A DNA stretch of 64,000 bases from Chloroflexota bacterium (GTDB taxonomy: Bacteria; Chloroflexota; UBA11872; VXOZ01): the NCBI GenBank assembly GCA_965208315.1, contig OZ242329.1:704082-768081 (forward strand), given 5' to 3'. This document shows positions 21,764-33,357 of the stretch, piece by piece. Numbering within the stretch: the first letter of the stretch is position 1; the number at the start of each line of letters is the position of its first letter. The notes under the pieces are model-generated. The model worked only from the letters and a program-made list of their open reading frames with translations, was not told where the DNA came from and ran no database searches. The position numbers and the translations under genes were made by a program.

Positions 21764-22915
21764 ATGGCGGTCCACACTTTCGCGGTGACGACGCGGGTAC
21801 ACAGCGGACCCGGAGCCGTTGCGGAAATTGGCCCTACGTTGACAGCGCAGGACCACAAGAGCGTATTGGTGGTCACCGACCAGGGCATCGTACGAGCAGG
21901 GCTGCTTACTCCCGTAACGGACTCGCTGCACGAAGCGGGGGTCTCCGCCGCGGTGTTCGATGAGGTCATGCCAGACCCGGAAGAGAGCATAGTCGAGGCG
22001 GTAGTTGCTGCCTATTGCGAGGCCGATTGCGACGGCCTGCTGGCCGTGGGCGGGGGTAGTTCGCTCGACGTGGCCAAGGCTGCCGGCGTGGTCATTACCA
22101 ACGGTGGCGCGGTAGCAGAGTATGAGGGCTTTGACGCGTTTGAGAACGACTTGCCGCCTCTTTACGCAGTGCCGACGACAGTCGGCACCGGCTCGGAGGT
22201 CACCTTTGCCGCGGTAATAACGTTGCCCAGCCAGCAGTTCAAGATGTCCATTCTGAGCACGCGTCTGGCCCCGCGCGCAGCCTTCCTCGATCCCGCCATG
22301 CTGACCACGCTGCCACCCCACGTCGTGGCGCACTCGGGAATGGACGCTCTGACACATTCAGTGGAAGGCATGACGTCGCCGCTCTCAACGCCTTTCACTA
22401 ATGCCTTCAATTTGCACGCAATTCGCCTCATCAGCGAAAACCTACGGGCCGCTGTGGCTAACAGCGGCGATATGGAAGCCATTGGCAACATGCAATACGC
22501 AGCGTGCATTGCCGGTGTGGGATTTGCGCACTCGCGGCTGGGAATCGTTCATGCAATGGCGCACCCCGTCGGCGCTTACCACCACCTGCCCCACGGGCTG
22601 AGCAATGCTCTCCTGCTTCCCCACTGCCTCGACTTCAACCGGATTGGCTGCGAGCCGCAGTTGGCGATTGTGGCGCGTGAATTCGACGCGACCTTCCCCG
22701 GTCAGACCGAGAGAGAAGCCGCGCTTGCCGCAATCGCAGCAATTCGCGACCTAGAGGCTGATATCGGTATTCCCGCATCAATGGGCGATGCCGGTGTGAC
22801 GGACGAGCACTTCGACGCCATCGTCAAAGACACCTTCCGCAGCCGTAATGTTGGCATCAACCCGCGAAGGGTGACCGAAGAAGACATCCGGCAGATTCTG
22901 TATACCGCGCTCTAA
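21764..22915 (+). CDS. iron-containing alcohol dehydrogenase
   Basis: GGGSSLDVAKAAG NAD-binding motif and Fe-ADH His-rich region (HAMAHPVGAYHHLPHG). Confidence 0.8.
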   Translation: MAVHTFAVTTRVHSGPGAVAEIGPTLTAQDHKSVLVVTDQGIVRAGLLTPVTDSLHEAGVSAAVFDEVMPDPEESIVEAVVAAYCEADCDGLLAVGGGSSLDVAKAAGVVITNGGAVAEYEGFDAFENDLPPLYAVPTTVGTGSEVTFAAVITLPSQQFKMSILSTRLAPRAAFLDPAMLTTLPPHVVAHSGMDALTHSVEGMTSPLSTPFTNAFNLHAIRLISENLRAAVANSGDMEAIGNMQYAACIAGVGFAHSRLGIVHAMAHPVGAYHHLPHGLSNALLLPHCLDFNRIGCEPQLAIVAREFDATFPGQTEREAALAAIAAIRDLEADIGIPASMGDAGVTDEHFDAIVKDTFRSRNVGINPRRVTEEDIRQILYTAL

Positions 22916-23024
22916 GGCATAGGATACTATTCTCTCGAGAGGATTCTACGAGAGGAACGGGCTGTAGCGCGTCACCCCCAAACGACCTTATGCCGGCGCA
23001 AGGATGTTATTAGATCCACCGCCG

Positions 23025-23813
23025 CTATTCTACGCGCCACTTCAGCGTTCGCGCGACAATTGCCAGCGACCCCAGGCCAAAGACCGTAAGAATTGCAAGA
23101 TCGCGCAGCAGCGTTGGGGTGATTTCCGGCTGTAGGGCGGCGCGAAAGGCTTGCGCCGCGTAGGTTGGCGGCAGGATCATGCCGGTGTACTGCAATACTG
23201 TGGGAAGCTGATGAAAAGGGATCATCACCGGCGCAAAGAACATGATGAAGAACATCGTCGCCTGCGCCACGAGGCCGGCGACGCGCCAATTCGGGATGCC
23301 GAGGCCGATTGCGGCGCCTAGGCCCGCCAGTGAGATAGCGCTGAGCGGCACCACCGCAAAGATCAGCGGATTGAGTGCCAGCGGAAAGCCGAAGTACCAG
23401 CTACCCACCAGCAGCGTAATAATCATGCCCGGTACGGCGGCGATGCCGTTGCCGGTGACTACCGCCAAGATGAAGGCCGTCTTGCTGATCGGCAGCGAAG
23501 CGTAATAGAGAATGGCGCCGTTGCGCCGCGACTGTGCCATGTCCTGCGCGACCATCATGATGCCCAAGGTCACCAACGACATGACCGCCGCGCCGGAAAC
23601 GAAATAGCGGCCAATCTCGGGCTCTCGCGAACCGCTAATGAAGGAAAAAGCAAAGACCATCCCAAGATTGAGCAGCACCGAGATGGAGAGAATCATCGTG
23701 ATCCACTGCCTGAACTCCAACACGATCACGGCAGACAGATGGTAATAGTTTCGCCAAAAGTGGGCGAAGCGCCTCCAAGCTGCATCCAGGCGTGACGGAC
23801 TTGTACTTGTCAT
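23025..23813 (-). CDS. ABC-2 type transporter permease
   Basis: Six-TM hydrophobic profile. Adjacent to the ABC ATPase gene. Confidence 0.65.
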   Translation of the reverse strand: MTSTSPSRLDAAWRRFAHFWRNYYHLSAVIVLEFRQWITMILSISVLLNLGMVFAFSFISGSREPEIGRYFVSGAAVMSLVTLGIMMVAQDMAQSRRNGAILYYASLPISKTAFILAVVTGNGIAAVPGMIITLLVGSWYFGFPLALNPLIFAVVPLSAISLAGLGAAIGLGIPNWRVAGLVAQATMFFIMFFAPVMIPFHQLPTVLQYTGMILPPTYAAQAFRAALQPEITPTLLRDLAILTVFGLGSLAIVARTLKWRVE

Positions 23814-23822
23814 AAAGTTCCT

Positions 23823-24845
23823 CTAACGCAGGGCGCTCTCAGCGCCAACGTGCTCCTTATCTGAAGGTTGGGCCGCTTCCTCACCCTCGCTCTCATCAAG
23901 GGAGCGGCCCACCAGCTCTACATAGACGTCCTCCAGTGAGGCTGTGGCCAGGCGAAAGTCCTCCACCGCGTCTGCGCCAATCTCAGTTAAGACACTGTCA
24001 ATTGTCCGGCCTACCCGCTCTTGTGGCACGCGCAAGAGGAGGTGCCGGGGTCGCGGCTGATGCAGCGCTCCGAGCATGTGAAGGTGAGATTCTTGGGCCT
24101 TGGTTAGTTCGGCGCCGTCCCGCAGCCAGAGTTCCAAGCGGATTGAGTCACCGAGGCGGCTCTTCATGGCGCCGGGTGTGCCCTCGGCGAGCACGCGGCC
24201 CTCGTCGATGAGAGCGACTCTGTCTACGACCCGTTCGGCTTCGAGGACGTTGTGCGTAACGAGGAGGCAGGCAGCGCCGTCATAGACGACCACCCGGCGA
24301 ATGGCTTCCCAGACTGCCCGGCGGCGCAAAGGATCAAGGTCGTTAGTCGGTTCGTCGAGCACCAGAAGCGGCGGACTGCCAAGCAGAGCCATGATGAAGC
24401 CCGTTATGCGCTGCATGCCGCCGGACAGTTGGTTGATGGGCTTGCGCCGGATTTCATCGACTTCGAATTGCTCGATGTACGAGTCGCGCTGGCGCAAGGT
24501 CTCCTTGTGTGATAGACCCTTCAGGCGACCGGTGAAGTAGATGGCTTCTTCCGCCAGCAGATCGCGCATGGCGAACGACGTCTGTGGCAGGTAGCCGATC
24601 ATGCGCTTGACGCGCTCGGGATCGCTCTCGGCGTCGACGCCAAATACCCAGACCTGGCCGGAGGTGGGCCGGATCAGCCCCAATACTTGCTGGACGAACG
24701 TGCTCTTGCCGGCGCCGTTCGGGCCGAGCAAGCCGTATACCTGACTGCGGCGCACGGCAACGTTTAGGTTGTCATTTGCCAGCACGCCATTGCGGTACTT
24801 CTTGGATAGCTCGTTCGCTTCGACGGCGAGACCGGGTTGCGGCAA
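23823..24845 (-). CDS. ABC transporter ATP-binding protein
   Basis: Walker A GPNGAGKST, signature LSGGMQR, Walker B LLVLDEPT. TTG start. Confidence 0.8.
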   Translation of the reverse strand: MPQPGLAVEANELSKKYRNGVLANDNLNVAVRRSQVYGLLGPNGAGKSTFVQQVLGLIRPTSGQVWVFGVDAESDPERVKRMIGYLPQTSFAMRDLLAEEAIYFTGRLKGLSHKETLRQRDSYIEQFEVDEIRRKPINQLSGGMQRITGFIMALLGSPPLLVLDEPTNDLDPLRRRAVWEAIRRVVVYDGAACLLVTHNVLEAERVVDRVALIDEGRVLAEGTPGAMKSRLGDSIRLELWLRDGAELTKAQESHLHMLGALHQPRPRHLLLRVPQERVGRTIDSVLTEIGADAVEDFRLATASLEDVYVELVGRSLDESEGEEAAQPSDKEHVGAESALR

Positions 24846-24965
24846 TGAAAGTCCTCAGGAGTCTCCAACTGCAATGGGAATGGGAAGAGGGAGACAGCGA
24901 CACTCTCTCTCCATAGTAATGCAAAAGGGTCGCGCGCGCGAAGAGCTTGGGGAAGTGGATAGACT

Positions 24966-26228
24966 TTATGCCACGTGCACTGGATGCGGCAGAGGTTGAT
25001 TGAAGAGGTAGCCCTTTTCATTGAAGGGGATTTCGTCCGGCTGCATATTGCCCTCCACATCCGTAGCTCGCGTGATTAGCGTGTGCTCTCCGGCAGCAGC
25101 ATCCCAATCAAACTCGAAGCGCGCCCAAGAGTACTGTACTTGTGGTTCCAGCACTCTGGCCTCGTGCCAGGTCGCTCCTGAATCTGCGCTCCATTCCACA
25201 AGGGCAATCGGCCCATGCGGAGAGTGGGCATAGCCGTGCAAGCGGTGTGAACCCTCAGCGAGTCTTGCCGGCCAAGGAAGCGCCAGCGCGCTCTTGATGG
25301 ACTGGGTAGTGAGCGGCTTGCCCAAGGCTTCGCCTTCGGGCGCATAATCGTCGCCAATCATCACGTACGAGGATGTGTTATTGCGCGTCCAGAATTGTTC
25401 CGTTGAAACAACAATGTGGCTCAGCCACTTGACGCTGGCGCTGCCAACCCAGCCGGGCACCATCGCGCGCAAAGGATAGCCGTGGTCTCTGGGCAAGTCT
25501 TCGCCATTCAAGGTGTATGCCAGGAGCGTATCAGGATCAAGCGCCTTCTCAATCGGCAATGCCCGACGCCATCCCTTTTCGGGTGACTCGGTGTCCATAC
25601 CAATTAAAAGTACGCTTGCTGCCTCCGCGCTAACGCCTGCCAATTCAAGCACCGTGCGTAAGGGAATGCCCGTCCATATGCCGTTGCCGACAGCGCCCGT
25701 CATCCATTGGGTGTCGTCCGCCGCCTGTCCTTTTATGAGGTCGAACATGGCGCGCTGATTGCCGGCGCATTCCAGGTAGGAAACCACGGTCCGACCGGGC
25801 ATCTGCCGCAATTCCCGGTAGGTAATCTCCTGAGGACTGGCTACAGCATCGCCTTCAATCGATAGGCGCCAATCGTCGGCATTCACGTCGAGACTAACGG
25901 AGTTGTTGCGAACAAATAAGAGATGATTGGGCGTAATGAATCCCTCCATCTGCTCCGAGCGAGTTTCCAGAGTAGTATCACTGTGCTTGATAAAAGGCTC
26001 CGGATCTTTGAAGAAGGGACTCTGTGCTGGAGACTGGTCGGTGTCTGTCGTGGCCGATAGCTCGCCGAGCAGCTCCTGAGCTTCACTGGGCACGGGGACC
26101 TGATTGCACGCCATGAGCACTGCCGCCGCTCCGCCGGATCCGAGCAACTGGAGAAGTGCACGCCGATCAACTCCCATTTCTTGCGCAAGTGCGTTAAGCC
26201 ACGCGTGAACTTCAGGACTGGCTTGCAT
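24966..26228 (-). CDS. sulfite oxidase-family molybdopterin oxidoreductase (Tat-exported)
   Basis: RRALLQLLGSG Tat motif. YLECAGNQRA Mo-ligand Cys motif. C-terminal dimerisation-domain length. Confidence 0.7.
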   Translation of the reverse strand: MQASPEVHAWLNALAQEMGVDRRALLQLLGSGGAAAVLMACNQVPVPSEAQELLGELSATTDTDQSPAQSPFFKDPEPFIKHSDTTLETRSEQMEGFITPNHLLFVRNNSVSLDVNADDWRLSIEGDAVASPQEITYRELRQMPGRTVVSYLECAGNQRAMFDLIKGQAADDTQWMTGAVGNGIWTGIPLRTVLELAGVSAEAASVLLIGMDTESPEKGWRRALPIEKALDPDTLLAYTLNGEDLPRDHGYPLRAMVPGWVGSASVKWLSHIVVSTEQFWTRNNTSSYVMIGDDYAPEGEALGKPLTTQSIKSALALPWPARLAEGSHRLHGYAHSPHGPIALVEWSADSGATWHEARVLEPQVQYSWARFEFDWDAAAGEHTLITRATDVEGNMQPDEIPFNEKGYLFNQPLPHPVHVA

Positions 26229-26348
26229 TAGTTTCCTCTCAGTTCTGTTTCTTTATATATAGGCGAGAAGGGCGGACAAGAAGCCCGCCAACGGCAAAAG
26301 GGTGTTCCCATCCTCGCGGTGGACACATTCCGGAACGAAAGATCTTTG

Positions 26349-26753
26349 CTACTCTTCGGCCCACTTCGCAAGAGCCTTATCCGGAGTGGCGAGTTCTTCA
26401 ATGCTGGTGTAATAGTAGTCTTCCCAGCCGGTCTCAGGCACGCCGGTAAAAAGCATAAGGTTTAGGGGATACATTCCGCTATCAGCTGCGGTACGCAGAT
26501 CGTCGCGGAAGAGAAACGTGGGTTTGCCCAGCGCGATGGCCATGCCCAACTCAACCATCACACCTTCGTCGGGGGGAACGCCATTGACCACGGCAAAGAT
26601 CCCGTCGCAGTCGACGACATCACGATAGTCTGCCTGACCGATCTGGTAAGCCCAACCCGGTTGGGAGAAATCCACTTGGTTATTCCGCGCGAACGGCTCC
26701 CAGACCTCCAACCCTAGCTCTTCAAGCGCCGCGATAAGCAGGGGGAGGAGCAA
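26349..26753 (-). CDS. nucleoside 2-deoxyribosyltransferase-like protein
   Basis: 134 aa. DEGVMVELGMAIALGKP resembles the NDT-family core. Confidence 0.45.
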   Translation of the reverse strand: MLLPLLIAALEELGLEVWEPFARNNQVDFSQPGWAYQIGQADYRDVVDCDGIFAVVNGVPPDEGVMVELGMAIALGKPTFLFRDDLRTAADSGMYPLNLMLFTGVPETGWEDYYYTSIEELATPDKALAKWAEE

Positions 26754-26852
26754 CTCCTTCTGCTGGACGGAAAACCCATAGGGATTAGCGAGATAGATCG
26801 TCTTAGCCAGTGTTTTGCCTCCAGCAGCGGAAATAGCCCTTAGCGATCAAAT

Positions 26853-27275
26853 CTAGTCCGACTGCTTGCGCAGGAGTGAGATTGCAGTGGGTATAAACAG
26901 CAGTGCGAGGGCAATGTCTATATAGATCCAGAGTTGGTTATTACTGTTCACGGGATCGGAGAATTGCACACCGAACCAATTCCACAAATGTGCGATAAGC
27001 ACGGCTGCCGCAGCGTAGAAGAGTACATTGGCTTCAAAATACTCGCGGGAAACTGGAGTATCGTTTGAATCATCGCTGACGGCACGCTTGCGCTCAAACG
27101 CCACAAGCAAAACGATGATCACACCGATAATTTGCAGTGGATTCAAGACTTGCCATACGGGTAAAGACGCGTCCGACCACGTGGGATCATAAAACTGTGT
27201 TGCTAGAAAGTGAAGAGTGACCGCAACACCCACCACAAGTAAATAGAGGCCTGCCAAACGCTTGAGCGCTGCCAT
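26853..27275 (-). CDS. small integral membrane protein
   Basis: Four predicted TM segments. GGAGGG RBS upstream. Confidence 0.5.
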   Translation of the reverse strand: MAALKRLAGLYLLVVGVAVTLHFLATQFYDPTWSDASLPVWQVLNPLQIIGVIIVLLVAFERKRAVSDDSNDTPVSREYFEANVLFYAAAAVLIAHLWNWFGVQFSDPVNSNNQLWIYIDIALALLFIPTAISLLRKQSD

Positions 27276-27338
27276 GCTGAACCCTCCCTACAGCATAGAG
27301 ACACAATCGAGCACATGGTTAGATGAAAAGTGAAATCT

Positions 27339-27413
27339 TGGTAGCGGGGGAGGGATTCGAACCCTCGACCTTCAGGTTATGAGCCTGACGAGCTGCCACT
27401 GCTCCACCCCGCG
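27339..27413 (-). tRNA. tRNA-Met (CAT), initiator-like
   Basis: Manual fold: CGCGGGG acceptor, A11:U24, CUCAUAA anticodon loop, TTCGAAT T-loop, encoded CCA. Non-Watson-Crick 1:72 pair (C:U). Confidence 0.85.
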
Positions 27414-27461
27414 TCGCTGACCCATCTTCGATGGGTACGCATCTTTGATGCGCCCGTATCA

Positions 27462-27797
27462 GAGATGCGTGTTGAGTAGACCGATAAGCCCCATTCTGTC
27501 GCGGACAGCCATCTGTCTTGGGCGGCAGCTTGCGCCGCGCCTCCTTGCGGCCTACCCGGGACTCCGCGAGCAGCCTCTGCGTCCCTCTCTTGGCCTTGCT
27601 CCGGGTAGAGGTTACCCTTTTCACTCCGGCTAATGCCCCACTTGCGTGGAAGCAAGACCGGTCTTGGTCTCTGTGGCCCTATTCCTCGCCTCGCGGCGGA
27701 CGGGAGTTACCCGCTACCCTGCTCTGTGGAGTGGGGACTTTCCTCACTACGCCCACGCTCAATGCGCACGCGCTGCGCGGCTGTCTGGTCTACTCAG
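27462..27797 (-). ncRNA. rnpB: RNase P RNA, bacterial type A
   Basis: Minus-strand GAGGAAAGUCC, CACAGAGCAGGGUAGCGGGUAA, GCCACAGAGAC, AGCAAGGCCAAGAGAGG and ACAGAAUGGGGCUUAUCGG motifs. P1 pairing GAGUAGACC/GGUCUACUC. Confidence 0.9.
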
Positions 27798-27805
27798 CAA
27801 GTGTC

Positions 27806-27834
27806 AGTATAGCATGGCAATCCGGCCCACACAA
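27806..27834 (-). promoter_or_regulatory. sigma70-like promoter of rnpB-tRNA-Met unit
   Basis: Minus-strand TTGTGT-17-TATACT ending about 7 nt before the rnpB P1 5' end. Confidence 0.45.
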
Positions 27835-27982
27835 CCGTCATTGGCTTGGAATCGGCACCGTTTTACGGCCTAGAGACGGCAGACTCTTTTCAGTGCAAGG
27901 GTGCCGCCAGGTGTAGGGAAACCGAAGGAAATAGGCTAATCAGATACACAACCAGCAGGAATACCTGCACTTGCGGTTGGGA

Positions 27983-28671
27983 CTATTCCGTCCATTCCGG
28001 CCGTTCTCGTGCCACTCTCGCGAGAACGCTGTGGGCGTCAAGAACAATGGGTTCCGCGTGCGAGAGCAAGAGCGTTTCAACGGTTAGGTTGCTGAGCAGT
28101 CTTGGCAGGATTGAGCAGAACTCATGGCTTCCAATCCATAGGCGACCGTCCGGCGTTCCCCACAGCGCATCTGCTACGACCAGCGTGCGCGCGGATGTGA
28201 GGTAGAATGCGACTTCCGGATGCGGTGATTCAATGAAGAACACTTGGACACTTCCGGCAAGCAAGTCGCCTTCGCGAAAGGTGTGCGTCGGTTGGCAGTT
28301 GAGCAAGTCCTGCGGCATAGCCTCGTGGACCCAAATACCCGCTCCATATTGCTGGGAGTACCGCTCAAAGACGGCTTGCGCGCTGCGGTCATGCCAGTCG
28401 GTGCTGAGGAGAATGGTCACCGGCTGCCGCTTCGCTTGCACCGCAGCGTCGAGCGTCTGCCAAAGCTGTCGGTGAGCCGGCGTGCCGCAAGGAGGCGCGA
28501 GCGGGTCGATGAGAACCAATCCATCAGGAGTTTCATAGCAGACACTGGCGACCTCCTGCGACCAACCGAAACCGGTCTTCTTCATGGGATCCCACGGAGA
28601 CCAGTCCGGATGCGGCGCAGTCCAGCGCCACACGCCCGGGCGGACGGATTGCATGGTGTCTGCTAGAGACA
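27983..28671 (-). CDS. hypothetical protein, MBL-fold-like
   Basis: ORF 27983-28807. Probable start at an internal Met (MSLADTMQSVRPGVWRW...). LVLIDPL block but non-canonical HxHxDH. Confidence 0.35.
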
Positions 28672-28870
28672 TGGATAAACCTAAGCTCTTTTCAAGTGCT
28701 TTCGGGTTACCAAATTGTGTGCGATCGCACGTTGAAGGGTGGGTGTAAACTGGAGAAGCACAGTATTTATTGGTGTCATTCAACGATGGCAGATTGACCC
28801 CTGTCACTGTGTCGATGCAAGGGTGTCGGAGCCATATCCCATAAGCATTACGGCTGCGTAGCTACTGGTC

Positions 28871-29800
28871 CTACGTGTGTTTGATGACGTAGGCAAGCCG
28901 GGAGACCTCTGTAAATCCCAGTTTTTGGGCGACCCGCAGCGACGCCATGTTGTCTTCACCGCAACTCCAGACCGGGATTCGCCCCGACTCTTGAATTCGT
29001 CTTGCCACAATCGAGGCTGCCGACGTCGCAAACCCGCGATTGCGCCACCGCTCGTCCGTACCGACTCCGATATCGGCGTAACGATCGGTTTGGGCAGTAG
29101 TGTGGGCTGATCCCACGATCCGGCCGTCGACCACTGCGGCTGCGACAGATCCCTCATCGAGCAAGACGGAAAGCCCGCCGAAGTCAGTGCCGTCCACGCC
29201 GGCGGCCTCCAGCAAGCCGATGTCGGCTGCGGTCAGTTCACGTACCGCGTGATCGACGATTTCGGGTACCGGCTTGGTCAACGTATGATAGACATCTCCG
29301 TAGTAACTGACACGCTTTCCAGTGCTAGTCTTGATGAGCGCGCCCAGTTGGGTCGAAACGGCGGGCGAGACATTCACCGCCGTCCAGTTGTCGATATTCT
29401 TTAGCAAGTCCCACAGACCTTGCGCGTTGTGGCCTAGACCGTACGGCTCCTCTGGCAGACTCTCGCTCTGTATGACCACCGCATCCAGAGACTCCGGTTC
29501 GCCGACCGCGTAGGTTTTGCAAGCCCCATGCTTCAGGAGATGGATCGGACCTACAGTCTCGGGCATTTCTTCGATGGCCTCGACGACTCTTTGGGCCTCA
29601 CTAAAGTCCAAGGGTCTAGGTGTCCGGCTAGTTGCTGCCACCAGTTTTCTCACCTCGTGTAAATCTGGATTCTCCGTGCTCTTGAAGCAATAATCGCATT
29701 TGCGCAATGAAGGGTACCTGTTTCGTACTTTCAACCCTGATTCAGCCAGGAGAAGCGCGAGCTCTAGATTGCTTGACTTGCCAACTCGTCTTTCGCCCAA
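28871..29800 (-). CDS. GNAT family N-acetyltransferase (two-domain)
   Basis: C-terminal RNRGFATSAASIVARR...NMASLRVAQKLGF acetyl-CoA-binding fold. Start uncertain. Confidence 0.55.
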   Translation of the reverse strand: MGERRVGKSSNLELALLLAESGLKVRNRYPSLRKCDYCFKSTENPDLHEVRKLVAATSRTPRPLDFSEAQRVVEAIEEMPETVGPIHLLKHGACKTYAVGEPESLDAVVIQSESLPEEPYGLGHNAQGLWDLLKNIDNWTAVNVSPAVSTQLGALIKTSTGKRVSYYGDVYHTLTKPVPEIVDHAVRELTAADIGLLEAAGVDGTDFGGLSVLLDEGSVAAAVVDGRIVGSAHTTAQTDRYADIGVGTDERWRNRGFATSAASIVARRIQESGRIPVWSCGEDNMASLRVAQKLGFTEVSRLAYVIKHT

Positions 29801-29815
29801 GGTCGCGTTTGCCTA

Positions 29816-29837
29816 TCAGGTGTTGCCGACTTTGGTG
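29816..29837. repeat. 22-bp exact copy of an internal 16S rRNA 3'-domain segment
   Basis: TCAGGTGTTGCCGACTTTGGTG is identical to 30216-30237 inside the 16S gene, same orientation. Confidence 0.8.
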
Positions 29838-29953
29838 TGGAGGTCTACAAAGTCACCTGATGACACGGCAAGTAGAATTCGAAGCACTGTCACCCAAAGC
29901 TCTCCAAGGAGTGTACACACAGTGAGAGAGCAAAGGATAGGTAGGGAATTAGG

Positions 29954-29980
29954 AAAACCCCTCTCTTTGGGAGGGGTTTT
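29954..29980 (-). terminator. stem-loop downstream of 16S rRNA (terminator or processing stem)
   Basis: Perfect 10-bp stem AAAACCCCTC/GAGGGGTTTT with a 7-nt loop, about 120 nt past the 16S 3' end. Confidence 0.4.
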
Positions 29981-30100
29981 CACGCAGGTGTCTCTTGCGA
30001 TGATGCAGGCGGCATTTAGCAGGTGGAGGGTGATGAAGGGGGGTGGTGTGTAGGGAGGGAGGGTAAGGATGGGATCGGGCGGGAATGGGTAATGAACCCT

Positions 30101-31627
<1,527 letters not shown>

Positions 31628-31763
31628 ACAAAGCGTTCACAAAAGTAAATGTACCGCCTCATCCCAAATAGCCCAACCCCCGACTCTCCAAACAGATAAA
31701 CACCCTTACCTTCATCACTCTTTACCTGTTAACGTGCCGCCTGTCTAAAAACAGGCAAAAATC

Positions 31764-31793
31764 ATAGTAGCACTCATGGGCCGTAAGAGTCAA
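31764..31793 (-). promoter_or_regulatory. 16S rRNA promoter
   Basis: Minus-strand TTGACT-18-TACTAT, about 130 nt upstream of the mature 16S 5' end. Confidence 0.55.
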
Positions 31794-32019
31794 CTGCGTT
31801 TGGCAGGGGAATAAGTAGCTATTGACTTTTCACTTTCTCCTTCGCGCTTGAAGGTGAACGTCCACGGACGAGGGTTGTTCCCGGTTCTCTGTTGCTCCTT
31901 GCAGATAGTGTCTGCCTCGATGCAAATTGCTGGCAGTTGGCCGTCATATACGACACATATCCTCCGCTTCTTGGGCGTTTCCACTACTGGCGTCATTAGT
32001 CTCTCCTTGGAGGTGTCGT

Positions 32020-32877
32020 GTGAACATCCTACAGATCGCCAAGCGTTTCCCCACTCAAGAATCTTGCATCGACCATTTGGAGCAAGTCAAGTGGGGCGAT
32101 AAGCCTCACTGTCCGTACTGTGGCAGCTTCGACGTGGGCCGCAAGGTTGAGAAGGGCTACCTGAAGCGCTGGAACTGCTACGCCTGCACATCAACGTTCC
32201 GCGTGATGACGGGCACTATCTTTCAGGGCACGAAGATACCTCTGCAAAAGTGGTTCGCTGCCATTGCCATCTTGCTGAACGCTAAGAAGAGTGTCTCCAG
32301 CTATCAACTGGCGCGAGACCTAGACCTGAACCAAAAGACCGCTTGGTACGTGGCGATGCGCATTCGCAAAGCCATGACCGATGATGGCGACATGCTGCAC
32401 GGGATCGTTGAAGCGGACGAGACCTACATCGGCGGCAAGCCACGTGGCAAGAAGGTTCCCGGCCAGCGCCGCAAGAGCAAGAAAACCCCCGTGATTGGTG
32501 CGATTGAGCGCGGCGGCAAGGTCAAGGCAGCGCCCGCGCCTCGTGTTACGACGAAGCTCATCAACTACTTCCTGCGGAGCAACGTGGATCCGCGCTCGGT
32601 GCTCGTGACGGACTACTGGCCTGGCTATAACGAAGTCCGTGACTGGATGCAGCACGTGCGCATCAATCACTCGAAAGAGTACGTGCGGGGTGATGTCTAC
32701 ACGAATACCATCGAGGGCTTCTGGGCGCTGGTGAAGCGGGCAATCTCAGGCCAGCACCACCACTACACGGTCGAGCACGCGGGAATGTACATTGACGAAG
32801 CGGCGTACAAGTACAACACGCGGAAGGCAGAGATGCCTTGGGATGACTTCATGCTGAGAGCTTGCGGAGTTTCTTGA
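32020..32877 (+). CDS. IS1595-family (ISXO2-like) DDE transposase with N-terminal zinc ribbon
   Basis: CPYCGS...CYAC zinc finger. Helix-turn-helix region and DDE-region similarity. GTG start 32020 after GGAGG. Confidence 0.8.
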   Translation: MNILQIAKRFPTQESCIDHLEQVKWGDKPHCPYCGSFDVGRKVEKGYLKRWNCYACTSTFRVMTGTIFQGTKIPLQKWFAAIAILLNAKKSVSSYQLARDLDLNQKTAWYVAMRIRKAMTDDGDMLHGIVEADETYIGGKPRGKKVPGQRRKSKKTPVIGAIERGGKVKAAPAPRVTTKLINYFLRSNVDPRSVLVTDYWPGYNEVRDWMQHVRINHSKEYVRGDVYTNTIEGFWALVKRAISGQHHHYTVEHAGMYIDEAAYKYNTRKAEMPWDDFMLRACGVS

Positions 32878-33216
32878 ACTTCTTCGGCTTCTTGAAGCCC
32901 TTGGGTTTACTGAACTCTAGCAGCCCTGTTTTCCTGTTGCGTTTGGGACGCTTTGGCCTTTCGATCCCTCCGGCCCAAAAGCGCTTGTCGTAAAAGTCGA
33001 GGGTCTTGCCACGCAAGCGACGGCCTGCTACAGTAGACATAGCTTTCCTCCAGGAAGCTGTTCTGATCGGAACTTGGGGCCGCCTGTTGACGCAGGCGGC
33101 TTCGGCTTTTTCTAACCCTATTCTAGCACGAGCCAATCCCTCTGAACCTGTACGGCATACCCCCTGGAAGCACGCTTCCAGGGGGTTCTTTGCGTCAATT
33201 CCGACTATACTGTCTT

Positions 33217-33322
33217 TGTCACACCTCAACCAATACGTGGGCAATCTTCCGAGAAGGAAGGGGCACGTGAAGGTTTACTTGCGTGTCCCCTTGCGGTCCA
33301 CGGATTAGGTTGAGGTGTGACA
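33217..33322. repeat. 15-bp perfect inverted repeat with 76-bp spacer (long hairpin) upstream of passenger metallopeptidase gene
   Basis: TGTCACACCTCAACC / GGTTGAGGTGTGACA, with an inner GGGGCACG...CGTGTCCCC imperfect palindrome. Confidence 0.6.
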
Positions 33323-33357
33323 ATCCAACCTTTCATGTGCTGTAAGGGGGCACCTTT

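Noticed and set aside
27420-27800. ORFs 27518-27916(+), 27377-27655(-) and 27319-27624(-)
   Set aside because: This region is RNase P RNA and its flanks, so the ORFs are spurious.
31790-31996. 68-aa minus-strand ORF spanning the IS left end
   Set aside because: It crosses the IR/target-site-duplication boundary with no RBS. It is chimeric between IS and host DNA.
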